Shown: piece after piece, positions 15,896 to 26,311 of the stretch
Layout: each line of letters begins with the position of its first letter
Position numbering within the stretch: the first letter of the stretch is position 1
Origin: a virus
Lineage: Duplodnaviria; Caudoviricetes
DNA length: 40,221 bases
Strand: one strand, 5' to 3'
IMG/VR virus record: IMGVR_UViG_3300037311_000474
Location: 1 to 40,221 of that record
Made by a program: the position numbers and the translations under genes
The notes under the pieces: model-generated
The model's database searches: none
What the model saw: only the letters and a program-made list of their open reading frames with translations
Told to the model about the DNA's origin: nothing

Positions 15896-18126
15896 CGCAT
15901 GCCGACCCGGCCGCCGTGCGCGAGGCGTCGCTCGCTGACCTCAAGGCCGAGCGCGAGCGGCTGCTGGCGCAGCGTGCCCAGCGCGAGCTCGCCGAGGCAG
16001 AAGCTGCCTCGCTGCGGGCGCCTGACGTGCTGCGCGCCGGCCTGGCGATGCTGGCCGAAGCCCGGGCCGTGCTCGAACAGCTTGAGGCTGTGTGGGCGCT
16101 GGATGTCGCAGGCCAGGGCGACGAGACCGCGGTGCACCACGCCATGAGCCGTGCGGCGCACCAGGTCCTCTCGGGCCTGGCGCGCCTGGGCCAGCAGCCC
16201 GATGCCGCGCTGCCTGAGGTCGGCGCTGCCTTCGCGCGCGGCGCAACGCCGCGGCGGCTGCTCACCGTCAGCCAGTGGGCGGCCCAGCACCGCTACCTGG
16301 TCAGCGGCACCAACAGCCCCGGGCAGTGGCGCAACGAGCTGACGCCGTACCTGACCGAGATCATGGACGCGCTCAGCGAGCACAGCCCGGTGCGCCAGGT
16401 GACCTTCATCAAGTCCAGCGGTGTCGGCGGCACGGAGGTGATGTTCAACTGGCTCGGCTACGTCATGCACCACCTGCAGAACCGCGACATGCTGGTGGTG
16501 CTGCCGACGCTGGAGCTGCGCGACCGGAGCTTCAACCCGCGGTTCGGCAAGTTGCTCGAGGAAACGCCGGTACTCACCGCGCTGGCGCCCACGGCGCAGC
16601 GCAACCGCAGCAATCGCGGCGATCTGCTGGAGTACGGGGGCCGCACCCGGGTCATCAAGGCCGGTGCCAACAGCCCGGACAGCCTGCGCTCGGACCACCT
16701 GCCGTACGTGATCTGCGACGAGGTCTCCGCCTTCCCGTGGGACGTCGGCGGCGAGGGCGACCCGATGACGCTGATCGACAACCGCCAGCGCACCTACAGC
16801 CGCGCCAAGACGTACCTGGTCAGCACGCCCACGCGCGAGGGTGCCTGCCGCATCGCGCAGCAGTACGCCCGCAGCGATCGGCGCCGGTACTACGTGCCAT
16901 GCCCGCACTGCGAAGAGACCCAGCCGCTGGAGTTCGGTGGGGCCGAGGTGCCGCACGGCCTGAAGTGGCGCACCGCGCCGCCCGAGCCCGGCCAGGCCGA
17001 TGTCCAGCGCGTGCTGTCGGCGTGGTACGTGTGCAAGCACTGCGGCGCCGAGATCGCCGAGAAGCACAAGCCAGACATGCTGGCGCGCGGGCGCTGGGTG
17101 GCGGAGCGACCCCAGGTGCGGCTGCACCGCGGTTACCACATCAACGCGCTGTACGCCCCGGTCGGCCTTGGCCTGGGCTGGAAGCAGGTGGCCGAGAAGT
17201 GGCTGGCCGCGCAGGGAGACAGTTCCGAGCTGAAGGCTTTCGTGAACACGTACCTCGGCGAGGTCTGGCGCGAGGAGGGCGACGAGCTGCAGCCTCAGAG
17301 TCTGCTGTCGCGGCTGGAGCCAGTCGATCGCGCCGGGCTGCCGCCGGTCATCATCGTGGCCGGCGTCGACGTGCAGAAAGACCGGCTCGAAGCCACCGTC
17401 GCGGCGATCAGCGAGCGCGAGGAGGCGTGGGTGCTCGACCACGTCATCGTGCCCGGCGACACCAACGACGCGCAGACCTGGCTCGACCTCGAGGAGCAGC
17501 TCGTCGAGGCCGGCGTCCAGGCCTGCGCTGTCGACAGCGGCTTCAACACCGGTGCCGTCTACGACTTCGTGCGGGCCCGCGCGTGGTGCACGGCGACAAA
17601 AGGCATCCCCGGCGCCGGGCGGCCATTCGTCGAGGACGAGAAGCGGCGGCGGCAACGCCTGCGCCAGCGGCGCCGGCGCGGCGTGCACCCGGAGCCCGTC
17701 GGTACCGACCAGGGCAAGACGCTGCTGTATGCCCGGCTGAAGATGGAGGTACCGGGCCCCGGGTACATCCACTTCGCCCAGAACGCCGCCTTCGACGACG
17801 AGTACTTCGCTCAGCTCGCCGCCGAGCGGCTGGAGCGCAAGCTGAAGGGCCACCGTCCGTTCCTGGAGTGGGTGCAGCTGCGCCCGCGGAACGAGGCGCT
17901 GGACTGCCTGCTGCTGTGCCTGGTGGCCGCGCGGCTGCACCGGCGCGGGCACCAGCGCCGGGACGGCGCCTCCGTCACGGTCGTGGCTGGCGCGCCCGAG
18001 CTGGTGCAGCCCGATCCGCGCGTGCCAGCGCCGGCTGTGCCGCGGCCGGCGCCCGCCGCGCCCGCGCGGGTCAACGACGCATTTGACCTGGCCAGCAGCC
18101 CGCGCTTCGGAGCGCGCCGCAAATGA
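15892..18126 (+). CDS. terL: Terminase large subunit, lambda gpA family
   Basis: PGQWRNELTPY, KSSGVGGTE, ICDEV, STPT, CPHC, GVDVQKDR, RNEALDC. Confidence 0.95.
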   Translation: MTHADPAAVREASLADLKAERERLLAQRAQRELAEAEAASLRAPDVLRAGLAMLAEARAVLEQLEAVWALDVAGQGDETAVHHAMSRAAHQVLSGLARLGQQPDAALPEVGAAFARGATPRRLLTVSQWAAQHRYLVSGTNSPGQWRNELTPYLTEIMDALSEHSPVRQVTFIKSSGVGGTEVMFNWLGYVMHHLQNRDMLVVLPTLELRDRSFNPRFGKLLEETPVLTALAPTAQRNRSNRGDLLEYGGRTRVIKAGANSPDSLRSDHLPYVICDEVSAFPWDVGGEGDPMTLIDNRQRTYSRAKTYLVSTPTREGACRIAQQYARSDRRRYYVPCPHCEETQPLEFGGAEVPHGLKWRTAPPEPGQADVQRVLSAWYVCKHCGAEIAEKHKPDMLARGRWVAERPQVRLHRGYHINALYAPVGLGLGWKQVAEKWLAAQGDSSELKAFVNTYLGEVWREEGDELQPQSLLSRLEPVDRAGLPPVIIVAGVDVQKDRLEATVAAISEREEAWVLDHVIVPGDTNDAQTWLDLEEQLVEAGVQACAVDSGFNTGAVYDFVRARAWCTATKGIPGAGRPFVEDEKRRRQRLRQRRRRGVHPEPVGTDQGKTLLYARLKMEVPGPGYIHFAQNAAFDDEYFAQLAAERLERKLKGHRPFLEWVQLRPRNEALDCLLLCLVAARLHRRGHQRRDGASVTVVAGAPELVQPDPRVPAPAVPRPAPAAPARVNDAFDLASSPRFGARRK

Positions 18127-18422
18127 GCAGCGACCGCGACATCATCCTGTGGCTGATCGAGTGGATGCAGCGGCACGAGCCCAGCATCACTGAGGAGCTG
18201 GCGCTGCGCTGCGAAGTCGAGGCTCGGCGCGAGTGGGGCGGCGAGCGGGTTGAGTACATCGCGAAGACGCCTGCTGCCCAGCGTGCCGCCAAGCGCCAGG
18301 CGCTGTCGGTGTTTGGCGAGGTGCGGCCGACGGAGACGGTCGATCAGGTGGCGCGTCGGCACGGCATCAGCCGCGCGACCCTGTACCGAGCGCTGAAGCG
18401 CGGCCCGGGGTCTGCAAAGTGA
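18123..18422 (+). CDS. Mor/C-like late transcription activator
   Basis: EWGGERVEYIAK plus C-terminal HTH VARRHGISRATLYRAL. Confidence 0.75.
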   Translation: MSSDRDIILWLIEWMQRHEPSITEELALRCEVEARREWGGERVEYIAKTPAAQRAAKRQALSVFGEVRPTETVDQVARRHGISRATLYRALKRGPGSAK

Positions 18423-18434
18423 TCCAGCCAGGCC

Positions 18435-18480
18435 GTGAGACGGTCCCCCTGATCGTCTCACCGCCGGCTGCCTAGAGTGC
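18435..18480 (+). promoter_or_regulatory. Late promoter copy 1 (dyad GTGAGACG-N11-CGTCTCAC + -10 TAGAGT)
   Basis: Near-identical to 26258-26303. Confidence 0.7.
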
Positions 18481-18504
18481 GCCGGCACCGGAGCCTACCC
18501 ACTC

Positions 18505-18735
18505 ATGAGCGGCATCACCCTGGCGCAAGCCGAAGCGCAGTTGGCCGCCTATCTGGCGGCGGAAACCGCCATCCTCACTGGCGCGCAGTCCTACGAGGTC
18601 GCCGGTCGCAGCTTCCGCAAGGCGGACCTGGCCGCCGTGCAGGCCGGTGTCAAGCTGTGGCAGGAGCGAGTTGCCCAGCTTGCTGCGCGCGTGCAAGGCC
18701 GAGGCCGCGCCGTCAGCGTCGTCATGCGGGGCTGA
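18505..18735 (+). CDS. gpW-like head-tail joining protein
   Basis: 76 aa, AETAILTGAQSYEVAGRSFRKADL, located between terL and portal. Confidence 0.8.
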   Translation: MSGITLAQAEAQLAAYLAAETAILTGAQSYEVAGRSFRKADLAAVQAGVKLWQERVAQLAARVQGRGRAVSVVMRG

Positions 18736-18741
18736 TGCACC

Positions 18742-20331
18742 GTGCGTGAAGTCCGCCAGCAGCCGCAGACCGAGCAGACGCTGCTCGACCGTGCCATCGG
18801 GTACTTCTTTCCGCGCGAGGCCGCGCGGCGGCTGGCAGCCCGAGGTCAGGTTGCACTGCTGAGCGGGTACCTCGGCGCCCGCCGCGACCGCGTCGCGACG
18901 GCTGGCTGGTCCACGGCGTCGAACGGTTCGCCGCAGAACGACGTGATCGTCGACATCGTCGATCTTCGCCAGCGCTGCGCGGACCTGGAGCGCAACGCTC
19001 CCGTGGCCGCCGCCATCGTCAACACCAACGCCGAGTACGTGGTCGGCACCGGGCTGGCGGCCGTGCCCACATTGGAGGCCGCCGTCCTGGGGTTGTCCGA
19101 AGCACAGGCCAGCGCATGGCAGGACAACACCCGCCGGCGGTTCGAGGCCTGGGCCGACTCGAAGGACTGCGACTTCGCCAGGTTCCAGAATTTCTACGGT
19201 CTGCAAGACTTGGCCTTGCGCGGCGTGCTGGTGCGTGGCGACATCTTCGCGCTGACGCCCATGGCCGACCGCGGCGCCGGGCCGCGCCTGACGCTGCAGA
19301 TGGTCGAGGCCGACCTCGTCAGCAATCCCGGCGGGCGCAGCGACACCGACACGTTGACGCAGGGCATCGAGCACGACTCGACCACCGGCGAGGCGGTGCT
19401 GTACCACGTGGCCAACCGCCACCCGTACGACCTGTCGCGCGGGCAGCCGCGCCGGTGGACGGAAGTGGCGGCCCGCGGCGAGCGCACAGGTCGGCGCAAC
19501 GTGCTGCACCTGTTTATGCAGCGGCGTCCGGGCTTGCGGCGCGGCGTGCCGATCCTGGCCCCGGTGATCGAGCCCATCAAGCAGGTGCTGCGGTACACCG
19601 AGGCCGAGCTGCAGGCCGCGATCGTCTCGGGCCTGTTCGCGGTGTTCTTCAAGATGGACCCCGAGGCGTTTCAGGACATCTTCGAGAAGCCGCAGCAGGA
19701 AGCGCTGATCCGCAAGGCCACGCAGTGGAGCGGCGAGATGGACTCCGGCCAGGCCGTCAACCTTCTGCCCGGCGAAGAAGCCCAGACTGTCAATCCCGGG
19801 CGTCCGAACGAGCAGTTCGACCCCTTCCTCGATGCCTGCTTCAAGCAGATCGGCATGGCTGTTGGCATGCCGCGCGAGGTGCTGCTGATGGCCTACAACA
19901 GCAGCTACAGCGCCGCGCGCGGCGCGCTGCTGATGGCGTGGCGCTTCTTCACCGGGCGGCGCGCCTGGTTGGCCCGCGAGTTCTGCCAGCCCGTGTACGA
20001 GCTGTGGCTGGCCGATGAAGTCGCCGCCGGACGGATCGCGGCGCCCGGGTTCTTCTCGGATCCGGTTGTCCGCTGGGCGTGGTCGCGTTGCCTGTGGGTC
20101 GGCGACGGGCCCGGCTCCATCGATCCGCAGAAAGAAGTTGCCGCGGCGCGCGAACGCGTCGCTCTCGGCATCAGCACGTTGGAGGCCGAAAGCCTGCTGC
20201 ACGACGGCGTCGCCTGGAGCGCCAAGCACCCGCAGACCGTGCGCGAGGCGACGCAGCGCCGCGAGGCGCGGTTGACCGTGCCTGGCGAACAGCAGGCCGC
20301 CGCAAAAGCGGCCGCCACTGATCAGGAGTGA
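18742..20331 (+). CDS. Portal protein, lambda family
   Basis: RPGLRRGVPILAPVI, YSAARGALL, FCQPVYELWL, IDPQKE. Confidence 0.95.
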   Translation: MREVRQQPQTEQTLLDRAIGYFFPREAARRLAARGQVALLSGYLGARRDRVATAGWSTASNGSPQNDVIVDIVDLRQRCADLERNAPVAAAIVNTNAEYVVGTGLAAVPTLEAAVLGLSEAQASAWQDNTRRRFEAWADSKDCDFARFQNFYGLQDLALRGVLVRGDIFALTPMADRGAGPRLTLQMVEADLVSNPGGRSDTDTLTQGIEHDSTTGEAVLYHVANRHPYDLSRGQPRRWTEVAARGERTGRRNVLHLFMQRRPGLRRGVPILAPVIEPIKQVLRYTEAELQAAIVSGLFAVFFKMDPEAFQDIFEKPQQEALIRKATQWSGEMDSGQAVNLLPGEEAQTVNPGRPNEQFDPFLDACFKQIGMAVGMPREVLLMAYNSSYSAARGALLMAWRFFTGRRAWLAREFCQPVYELWLADEVAAGRIAAPGFFSDPVVRWAWSRCLWVGDGPGSIDPQKEVAAARERVALGISTLEAESLLHDGVAWSAKHPQTVREATQRREARLTVPGEQQAAAKAAATDQE

Positions 20332-20335
20332 CCTG

Positions 20336-22315
20336 ATGCCGCTTACGCGCAACCGCAACCGCCCTTACGAAACCGACGACAACAACGGGTTGCCGCTGCA
20401 GCCGGGCGCTCGCGTGTATGAGGGCGCTGCGATGGGCTCCACGAGCAGCGGCGTGCGCCCGCTGGTCTTGGGCGATCCGTTCGCCGGGTTTGCGGTGGCG
20501 GCCAGCACGCCGCAGGACACCGCTTGCCGGGTGCGGACCCGCGGGCAGGTGCTGCTCAACGTAGCCGGCGTCGTCGCAGCGTCCGATTTCGGCAAACTCG
20601 TGTACGCCACCGATGACGACACATTCACGCTGACGCCGGGCCAAAGTGTTGTCGGACGCGTCATGCGGCATGTAAGCGGATCTCTGGCTTTGGTGCAGTT
20701 CGACGCTGCCTTGCCGGTTTTCAACGCTCAGCAGCAAATCGTTCTTGCCCCATCCGGAGGCGACGACGCTTTGCTGATGCAGCAATTCGTCAACGACATG
20801 GCCGCTTCGAAGCGACCGGCGGTTCTTGGTGCCGGCGACTTCATCATCGGTTCGCCGATGACCTGGAGAAGCCAACAGCGGCTCGGCAAGTGGGACAACA
20901 AAGGCATCGGTCTGCGTGTCCTGGGTCAGGGGCCCGAGAACACGAGACTGCTGTCTGCGATCGTTGGCAACGCGCCCATGATCTCGGTCAGTGCGCCGTC
21001 CTCGGCCGGCATCGGCAAGCGCAACTACCTCACCGAAATCGGCGGGATGTCGTGGTTGAGGGCGCCCGAAGGGGTCTTGATCCCGGCTGGCACCACCAGC
21101 GGCGAGGCGTTTCGCGCGATCCCAATCGTCGACACCTACGAGGTCAACGTCGCTGCACTGTTCCGCAACCTTTACATCGACGGCTTCGATCACTGCATCA
21201 CGCTCTCGGACAACACCATCGCCGAGCTCGAGGGCGTCTGGTTCATGGAGTTCTTGACCGGCGTGCGCCTGGGCTTCAACTGCGACGTGATCAAGATGCG
21301 CCGCTGCTGGTGGGGCAGTGAGCAGTTCGGAACCTCGTACCGCAACAACGCCGTGGCGGTGCAACCCGGGTTCGACGACGGGCGCGGCAACGGCAACGCC
21401 GGGCAAAACTGCATCGAGCTGGACCACTGCGCGATGGCCAAGATCGGCTGCGGAGTGGAATGTGCGGATGGCAGCACGGCCAGCGGCATCCTGTTCCACG
21501 AGGTGTTCTTCGAGGGTGTTCGGCAGTATTTTCACCACCTTGGCAACACCACGCAGGATTCGATCGTCACCTTCTCGCACTGCCACTTCTCCTCGGTCAC
21601 GATCAACGACACCACGCAGCACGACCCGACGCTGGCGGGCTACGAGGCCAAGATCCAGTTCGACGGTGACATCGCCGTCAGCGGCGGCAAGCGGCCGATC
21701 CTCACGCTGCGCAACTGCGTCTCCGACACCAACGCGCAGCCGGGCAACGCCTGGATCAGCTTCAACAACCGTGAGGGTTTCATCACTCTCGAAAACAACC
21801 GGCTGCGGCCCTCGGCTTCTTTTGGCATTGCACGTTGCATCCGCACCGGTTGGCAGACCTGGAAGAGCTTTCCGGTGGACTCTGCGCAGCAGGGTGGCAG
21901 TTTCCAGTTGGGCGATTCGCAGCAGGCCGGCCTGGGGATGCTCGCCGGACGCCCGATGCAGGTCAGCGCCACGATCACGCCGGGTTCGACATACGACCTG
22001 GACGTGCTTGCTGGCACCGAGTTCGCGCTCACGCTGCCGGACGGCGACTGCACGATCAACGTCTTCAACTTCACCGGCACCCCGCCGAACCGGATCGTCT
22101 CGGCTCTCACCGAGTTGAGCATTGTCTTGATCCTGCCCGCCAGCGTTACCGCCACACGCACGATCACCTGGGGCTCGCGGCTCAAGATGAACGCAGCGAC
22201 GTTGACCTACGGGGCTGCCGACGGCAACAAACGCGCCGTGTTCAAGGTCAAAGGCGCGGGCTTCGGCAACACGATGCTGTTGTCCACCGCTGGGCCAGTT
22301 TTTGCTTCAGCCTGA
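20336..22315 (+). CDS. Head-decoration-like N-domain fused to a putative beta-helix (pectate lyase-like) domain
   Basis: First ~120 aa paralogous to 22345 and 27426. APSGGDDA...QQF...VLGAGDF resembles a beta-helix cap. Confidence 0.65.
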   Translation: MPLTRNRNRPYETDDNNGLPLQPGARVYEGAAMGSTSSGVRPLVLGDPFAGFAVAASTPQDTACRVRTRGQVLLNVAGVVAASDFGKLVYATDDDTFTLTPGQSVVGRVMRHVSGSLALVQFDAALPVFNAQQQIVLAPSGGDDALLMQQFVNDMAASKRPAVLGAGDFIIGSPMTWRSQQRLGKWDNKGIGLRVLGQGPENTRLLSAIVGNAPMISVSAPSSAGIGKRNYLTEIGGMSWLRAPEGVLIPAGTTSGEAFRAIPIVDTYEVNVAALFRNLYIDGFDHCITLSDNTIAELEGVWFMEFLTGVRLGFNCDVIKMRRCWWGSEQFGTSYRNNAVAVQPGFDDGRGNGNAGQNCIELDHCAMAKIGCGVECADGSTASGILFHEVFFEGVRQYFHHLGNTTQDSIVTFSHCHFSSVTINDTTQHDPTLAGYEAKIQFDGDIAVSGGKRPILTLRNCVSDTNAQPGNAWISFNNREGFITLENNRLRPSASFGIARCIRTGWQTWKSFPVDSAQQGGSFQLGDSQQAGLGMLAGRPMQVSATITPGSTYDLDVLAGTEFALTLPDGDCTINVFNFTGTPPNRIVSALTELSIVLILPASVTATRTITWGSRLKMNAATLTYGAADGNKRAVFKVKGAGFGNTMLLSTAGPVFASA

Positions 22316-22344
22316 ACGCATATTTTTTCGACAAGGCAGATTCA

Positions 22345-23061
22345 ATGGCACTGGCGCGCAACCGCAATCGTCCATACGAGACCGATGACATCAACGGTTT
22401 GCCGTTGCTGGCTGGAGCGCGTGTCTTTGAAGGTGCGGCAATGGGCGCGACTGGCGCTGGCGTTCGGCCTTTGGAGCAGGGTGATCGCTTTGCAGGTTTT
22501 GCGATGGCAGCGAGCGTGCCGTCGGATGCCTTCTGTCAGGTGCGCACGCGCGGCCAGGTTGTGCTGAGCGTGGCCGGCGTTTCAGGAGGCGCTGACTTCA
22601 ACCGGCTTGTTTTCGCTTTTGACGACGACACCTTCAGCCTGACGGCCAACGCAAGCCCTGTAGGTCGCGTCATGCGGCATGTAACCGGTACCTTTGCGGT
22701 TGTGCAGTTCGACGCCGCAGGCCCAGAGCAGCTGTCGGCGTCCGAAGCCGCGACTGTCCGCGCCTGGGCGCTGGAGCCTGTGGTCGACGCCACCTCGCGC
22801 GCCATCACCGCTGCCGACAACGGCCGGCGCCTGGCGCCAGCGGCCGGCATCACCTACACCATCCCGGCGGGACTGAGCCCGAAGCCGGCTTTCAGCGTGC
22901 AGTGCCCGCCCAGCGGCACGGTGACGATCGCCGTGAGCGGTGGCGCCACCATCAACGGCGCCGGAACCGCGCTCACGCGGGCTCGCACCTCCAACCGCGT
23001 GGGCTTCGTGGTCGAGCCGTACACGGACGCTGGGGACGCCTACGGCGTGAGCGGGGCCTGA
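22345..23061 (+). CDS. Second head-decoration (DUF2190-like) paralogue
   Basis: MALARNRNRPYETDD...DDDTFSLT. Confidence 0.7.
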   Translation: MALARNRNRPYETDDINGLPLLAGARVFEGAAMGATGAGVRPLEQGDRFAGFAMAASVPSDAFCQVRTRGQVVLSVAGVSGGADFNRLVFAFDDDTFSLTANASPVGRVMRHVTGTFAVVQFDAAGPEQLSASEAATVRAWALEPVVDATSRAITAADNGRRLAPAAGITYTIPAGLSPKPAFSVQCPPSGTVTIAVSGGATINGAGTALTRARTSNRVGFVVEPYTDAGDAYGVSGA

Positions 23062-23065
23062 CGCT

Positions 23066-24658
23066 GTGGCAACCGCAGTCGCAGACGTCTACACGGCCGC
23101 GGTCGGGCCGGTGTTCGCTGGCATGGCCGATCCCAGGGCGACTGCGATCTCGATCACATCGCCCAGCCCTGCCAGCGGGGTGGTGGGAGTGCAGTCAGGT
23201 GTGTGGACCGTGCAGGTCAACGGGCAGCTGGACGCGGACCTCACCGTCACGCCCAGTGCCGGCGCTGGCGGAGGCACGTTCGCTCCGAGCTCGATGCTGA
23301 TCGCAGCATCGGCCACACCCGCGGCGGCGAGCTTTCGGTACACGCCAGCCAGCACCGGAGCGAAGTTGATCACGCTGGCCAACGACCGGGGATTGAGCAA
23401 CCCGGCGCCGGCGGCCTATACCTCGCTGGCGGTGCAGCCAAGCGCGCGCGTCGCACTCATGGGCGACAGCCTGACCGACCGGCGCGAGATCGCGCCCACG
23501 CGCAACTGGAGCCCGTTTTTCTGGAGCAACGGCCTGGGCACCAACGGCGGCCAGCAGCTGGTGCAGAACTGTGGCGTGAACGGCGACACCGTGGGTCAGA
23601 TGCTGGCCCGTGTGAACAACAGCTTCGCAGATTCCAGTCCCGGGCTAGCCGGCATCGCGCCGCTGGGCCATGTCTACATCCGTGCCGGCACCAACGACGC
23701 CAGAGCCCTCACGCCGATCGGCACTCTGGCGGCAGACCTGACCTCGTTGCTGCAGGCCTGCAAGAGCTACTGCACGAAGGTCATCATCCTCGCGGTGCCA
23801 CCGATGGGCCCAAGCGAGAGCAACTTCGCGGCCAAGAACGCGGTGGTCATCACCTACAACGCCTGGCTGGCGCAGTACGCGGCAGACAACGCAGCGGACT
23901 TCCTCTTCGTTGACGACTGCGTCAACCTGCGCGACGGCGCCGGGGCGCAGCTTGCGGGCTACTTCAACGTCGACGGCGTCCACAACGAGGGTCGAGCGAC
24001 CTGGCGCCAGGGTGTGGATGGCGCGGCGGCGATGGCCTCCTACTTTGCGACCTTCGCGCCGTACCCGAGTCCGCTGGTGCTGACTGCCGCGGACGTGCAC
24101 CCGACAACGGCCCAGTACGTGCCCAACGTGCTGATGGCCGGCAGCGGCGGGACGGCCGGCGCTGGCGTCACCGGCCAGGTGGCCGACTCGTGGACCATCG
24201 CTCAGACGGCCTCCGGCAACGAGGCCACGGTGAGCAAGGTCGCCGCGGATGTCGGCGACGCGAACCAGACGCCCTGGCAGCGCATCACGCCGACCCTCAT
24301 CACCAATGGCGGCGGGTTCCGCATGTCGATCCCCTTCGGCATCTCCAACCTGACCGCGGTGCAGACCGCGCTGGAGATGGTGATGGAAGTGCGGCTGGTG
24401 AACTGGAACGCGGCCAACTTCTCGGCCCTGCGTGCCTACGTGAACACCAGCATCGGCAAGGTCACGTGGAACCTCGATTTGAAAATGTCTGGCCCGGAGA
24501 CGCTCAACCACACGCTGGTCCTGCGGCATGCCCAGCCGCGCAACACCGCCACCACGCCCAGTAGCCCGGCCCTGTTCATCGACCTGCTTGCTGTGGTAGC
24601 CGCCAGCGGTGCGATGGGTTCGATCGATGTCCGAAACGCCAGCGTCAGGCAGCTTTGA
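23066..24658 (+). CDS. Virion-associated SGNH/GDSL hydrolase with Ig-like N-terminus
   Basis: GDSLT, G, GTND and DGVH blocks. Confidence 0.85.
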   Translation: MATAVADVYTAAVGPVFAGMADPRATAISITSPSPASGVVGVQSGVWTVQVNGQLDADLTVTPSAGAGGGTFAPSSMLIAASATPAAASFRYTPASTGAKLITLANDRGLSNPAPAAYTSLAVQPSARVALMGDSLTDRREIAPTRNWSPFFWSNGLGTNGGQQLVQNCGVNGDTVGQMLARVNNSFADSSPGLAGIAPLGHVYIRAGTNDARALTPIGTLAADLTSLLQACKSYCTKVIILAVPPMGPSESNFAAKNAVVITYNAWLAQYAADNAADFLFVDDCVNLRDGAGAQLAGYFNVDGVHNEGRATWRQGVDGAAAMASYFATFAPYPSPLVLTAADVHPTTAQYVPNVLMAGSGGTAGAGVTGQVADSWTIAQTASGNEATVSKVAADVGDANQTPWQRITPTLITNGGGFRMSIPFGISNLTAVQTALEMVMEVRLVNWNAANFSALRAYVNTSIGKVTWNLDLKMSGPETLNHTLVLRHAQPRNTATTPSSPALFIDLLAVVAASGAMGSIDVRNASVRQL

Positions 24659-24661
24659 GCC

Positions 24662-25852
24662 ATGCCGTACCTCGACAGTAAACGCGCCATCGGCGCCGGC
24701 ACAAGCCAGAGCGTCACGCTTGCCCTGGGCGCCTCGCCAGGCGCGGCCATCTTCGCCATTGCGGTGGCGGCCAATGCCGACTCGATCACTCTGACCGCGG
24801 CGACGCTCGGCGGCGCCAGCATTGCCAGCTCGGTGCAGGGGCCGTTCGTCATCGACGGCAACAACGTCTACATCATCAGCCACGTGACCCAGCTCACGGG
24901 CAACCAGGTGCTGTCGTGGACGGGATCTGGCTCGGCAAACCTGCTGCTCTTTGCACGTGCGGACTCGGGGCTCAACCAGGTCACGCCGCACAAGGCGATC
25001 ACGGTTCAGAGCAACGCGGACTACACCAACACGGCCGCCGAGTTTGCGCTTGCGACGGAGGTCGGTGAGGTCTGTATCGCGCTGTACCAGGAGAACCTTG
25101 GGCGCACCCTGAGCCTGACCTCTGGCAGCTCGTTCGTCGGCGGCTTCTCGGGCACTTTCGGGCAGGCCGTCGAAGAAACGGCGACGGGCGCATCCACTAC
25201 GATCGGGGGCAACTACACCGGCGGCGCGGTGAACCGCTTCTCGGCCGCGTGCGTGCTGAACCCCGCGGGGCCGGCGCCGGTGCTTTCGGGTGCCACGGGC
25301 GTCGCCACAGGAGCCACCACCGGCAGCGGCAGCGTCTCGACCGACACCGCCAACGGCACGTTGTACCGCCTCGCATCGACGACCGCACCGACGGTGGCGG
25401 AGGTCAAGGCCGCCAACCTGACCACGACGGTGACAGCTTCCGGCGCCCAGGCGGTGACGTTCACAGGGCTGACGACGGGCCAGACCTACCGGGCCTACTA
25501 CGTGCACCGCAGCGCAGCTGGGGTGGACAGCTTGCTGGCGACCAGTGGCACTTTCGTGCCGACCGCTGCGACGTACACCGCCGTCATCGGGGCGGGATCG
25601 CCCGGCGGCTTTGCGGGGGACACGGGCAGCGGCCGCCGAGCAGCGGGAGTTGCCTGCACCTACGTGGGGTTCCAGGTTGATGGCAGCAACCTGCCAATCG
25701 CGAACACCGCTGTCACGGGCTCGGCATCGCTCAATGGGTCCGGTCAACTCAGCGTGGCTGGGCTGCCGTCGGCCGGTCCGTGGCACTTCTTCGTGCTCTT
25801 CGGCGCGGCTGTCGGCGAGGGGTCGGCTCATGACGTGGTGACGGCCTCATGA
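24662..25852 (+). CDS. Ala/Gly/Thr-rich beta-sandwich (FN3/Ig-like) structural protein
   Basis: VTFTGLTTGQTYRAY FN3-like motif. Confidence 0.6.
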   Translation: MPYLDSKRAIGAGTSQSVTLALGASPGAAIFAIAVAANADSITLTAATLGGASIASSVQGPFVIDGNNVYIISHVTQLTGNQVLSWTGSGSANLLLFARADSGLNQVTPHKAITVQSNADYTNTAAEFALATEVGEVCIALYQENLGRTLSLTSGSSFVGGFSGTFGQAVEETATGASTTIGGNYTGGAVNRFSAACVLNPAGPAPVLSGATGVATGATTGSGSVSTDTANGTLYRLASTTAPTVAEVKAANLTTTVTASGAQAVTFTGLTTGQTYRAYYVHRSAAGVDSLLATSGTFVPTAATYTAVIGAGSPGGFAGDTGSGRRAAGVACTYVGFQVDGSNLPIANTAVTGSASLNGSGQLSVAGLPSAGPWHFFVLFGAAVGEGSAHDVVTAS

Positions 25853-26244
25853 GCGGCATCCTGCGCAACCTCCGCGAGCAGCTGGGCAGCGGCACGCTCA
25901 ACAGCGGCCTGCGTTACGCCGGCTACACGGGTGCGCAGATCCAGGCCGCGACAGCGACTGGTCATGCCGGGGCCGGCGTTGGCATCAACGACTCGCTCGA
26001 AGCGACCAAGCAGTACCGCTTCCGCCCGGCCCTGGGACCGGCGTGGCCAGGGCTGTTTCGCGATGACGGAGCGTTTCGGGCCAACACTGCCGTGAGCACC
26101 ACGTACCAACTCTACGAGGACAACGTGCTGGTCGGCTCGGCGGCCATCTCGGTGCAAATCGGTGCCGCGCCTCCACCGCCACCGCCTGCTGCCGCCAGCC
26201 TGGCCGGGCTGAGCCCGCGGCAGCGGAGGCTCGCCACCACGTAG
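25849..26244 (+). CDS. Hypothetical protein
   Basis: 131 aa, ATGA-coupled. Confidence 0.6.
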   Translation: MSGILRNLREQLGSGTLNSGLRYAGYTGAQIQAATATGHAGAGVGINDSLEATKQYRFRPALGPAWPGLFRDDGAFRANTAVSTTYQLYEDNVLVGSAAISVQIGAAPPPPPPAAASLAGLSPRQRRLATT

Positions 26245-26257
26245 TCGCGCCGACGGC

Positions 26258-26303
26258 GTGAGACGTTCCCCCTGATCGTCTCACTCCGGGCTGCCTAGAG
26301 TGC
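26258..26303 (+). promoter_or_regulatory. Late promoter copy 2
   Basis: GTGAGACG-N11-CGTCTCAC...GGCTGCCTAGAGTGC. Confidence 0.7.
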
Positions 26304-26311
26304 CGCTCAAC

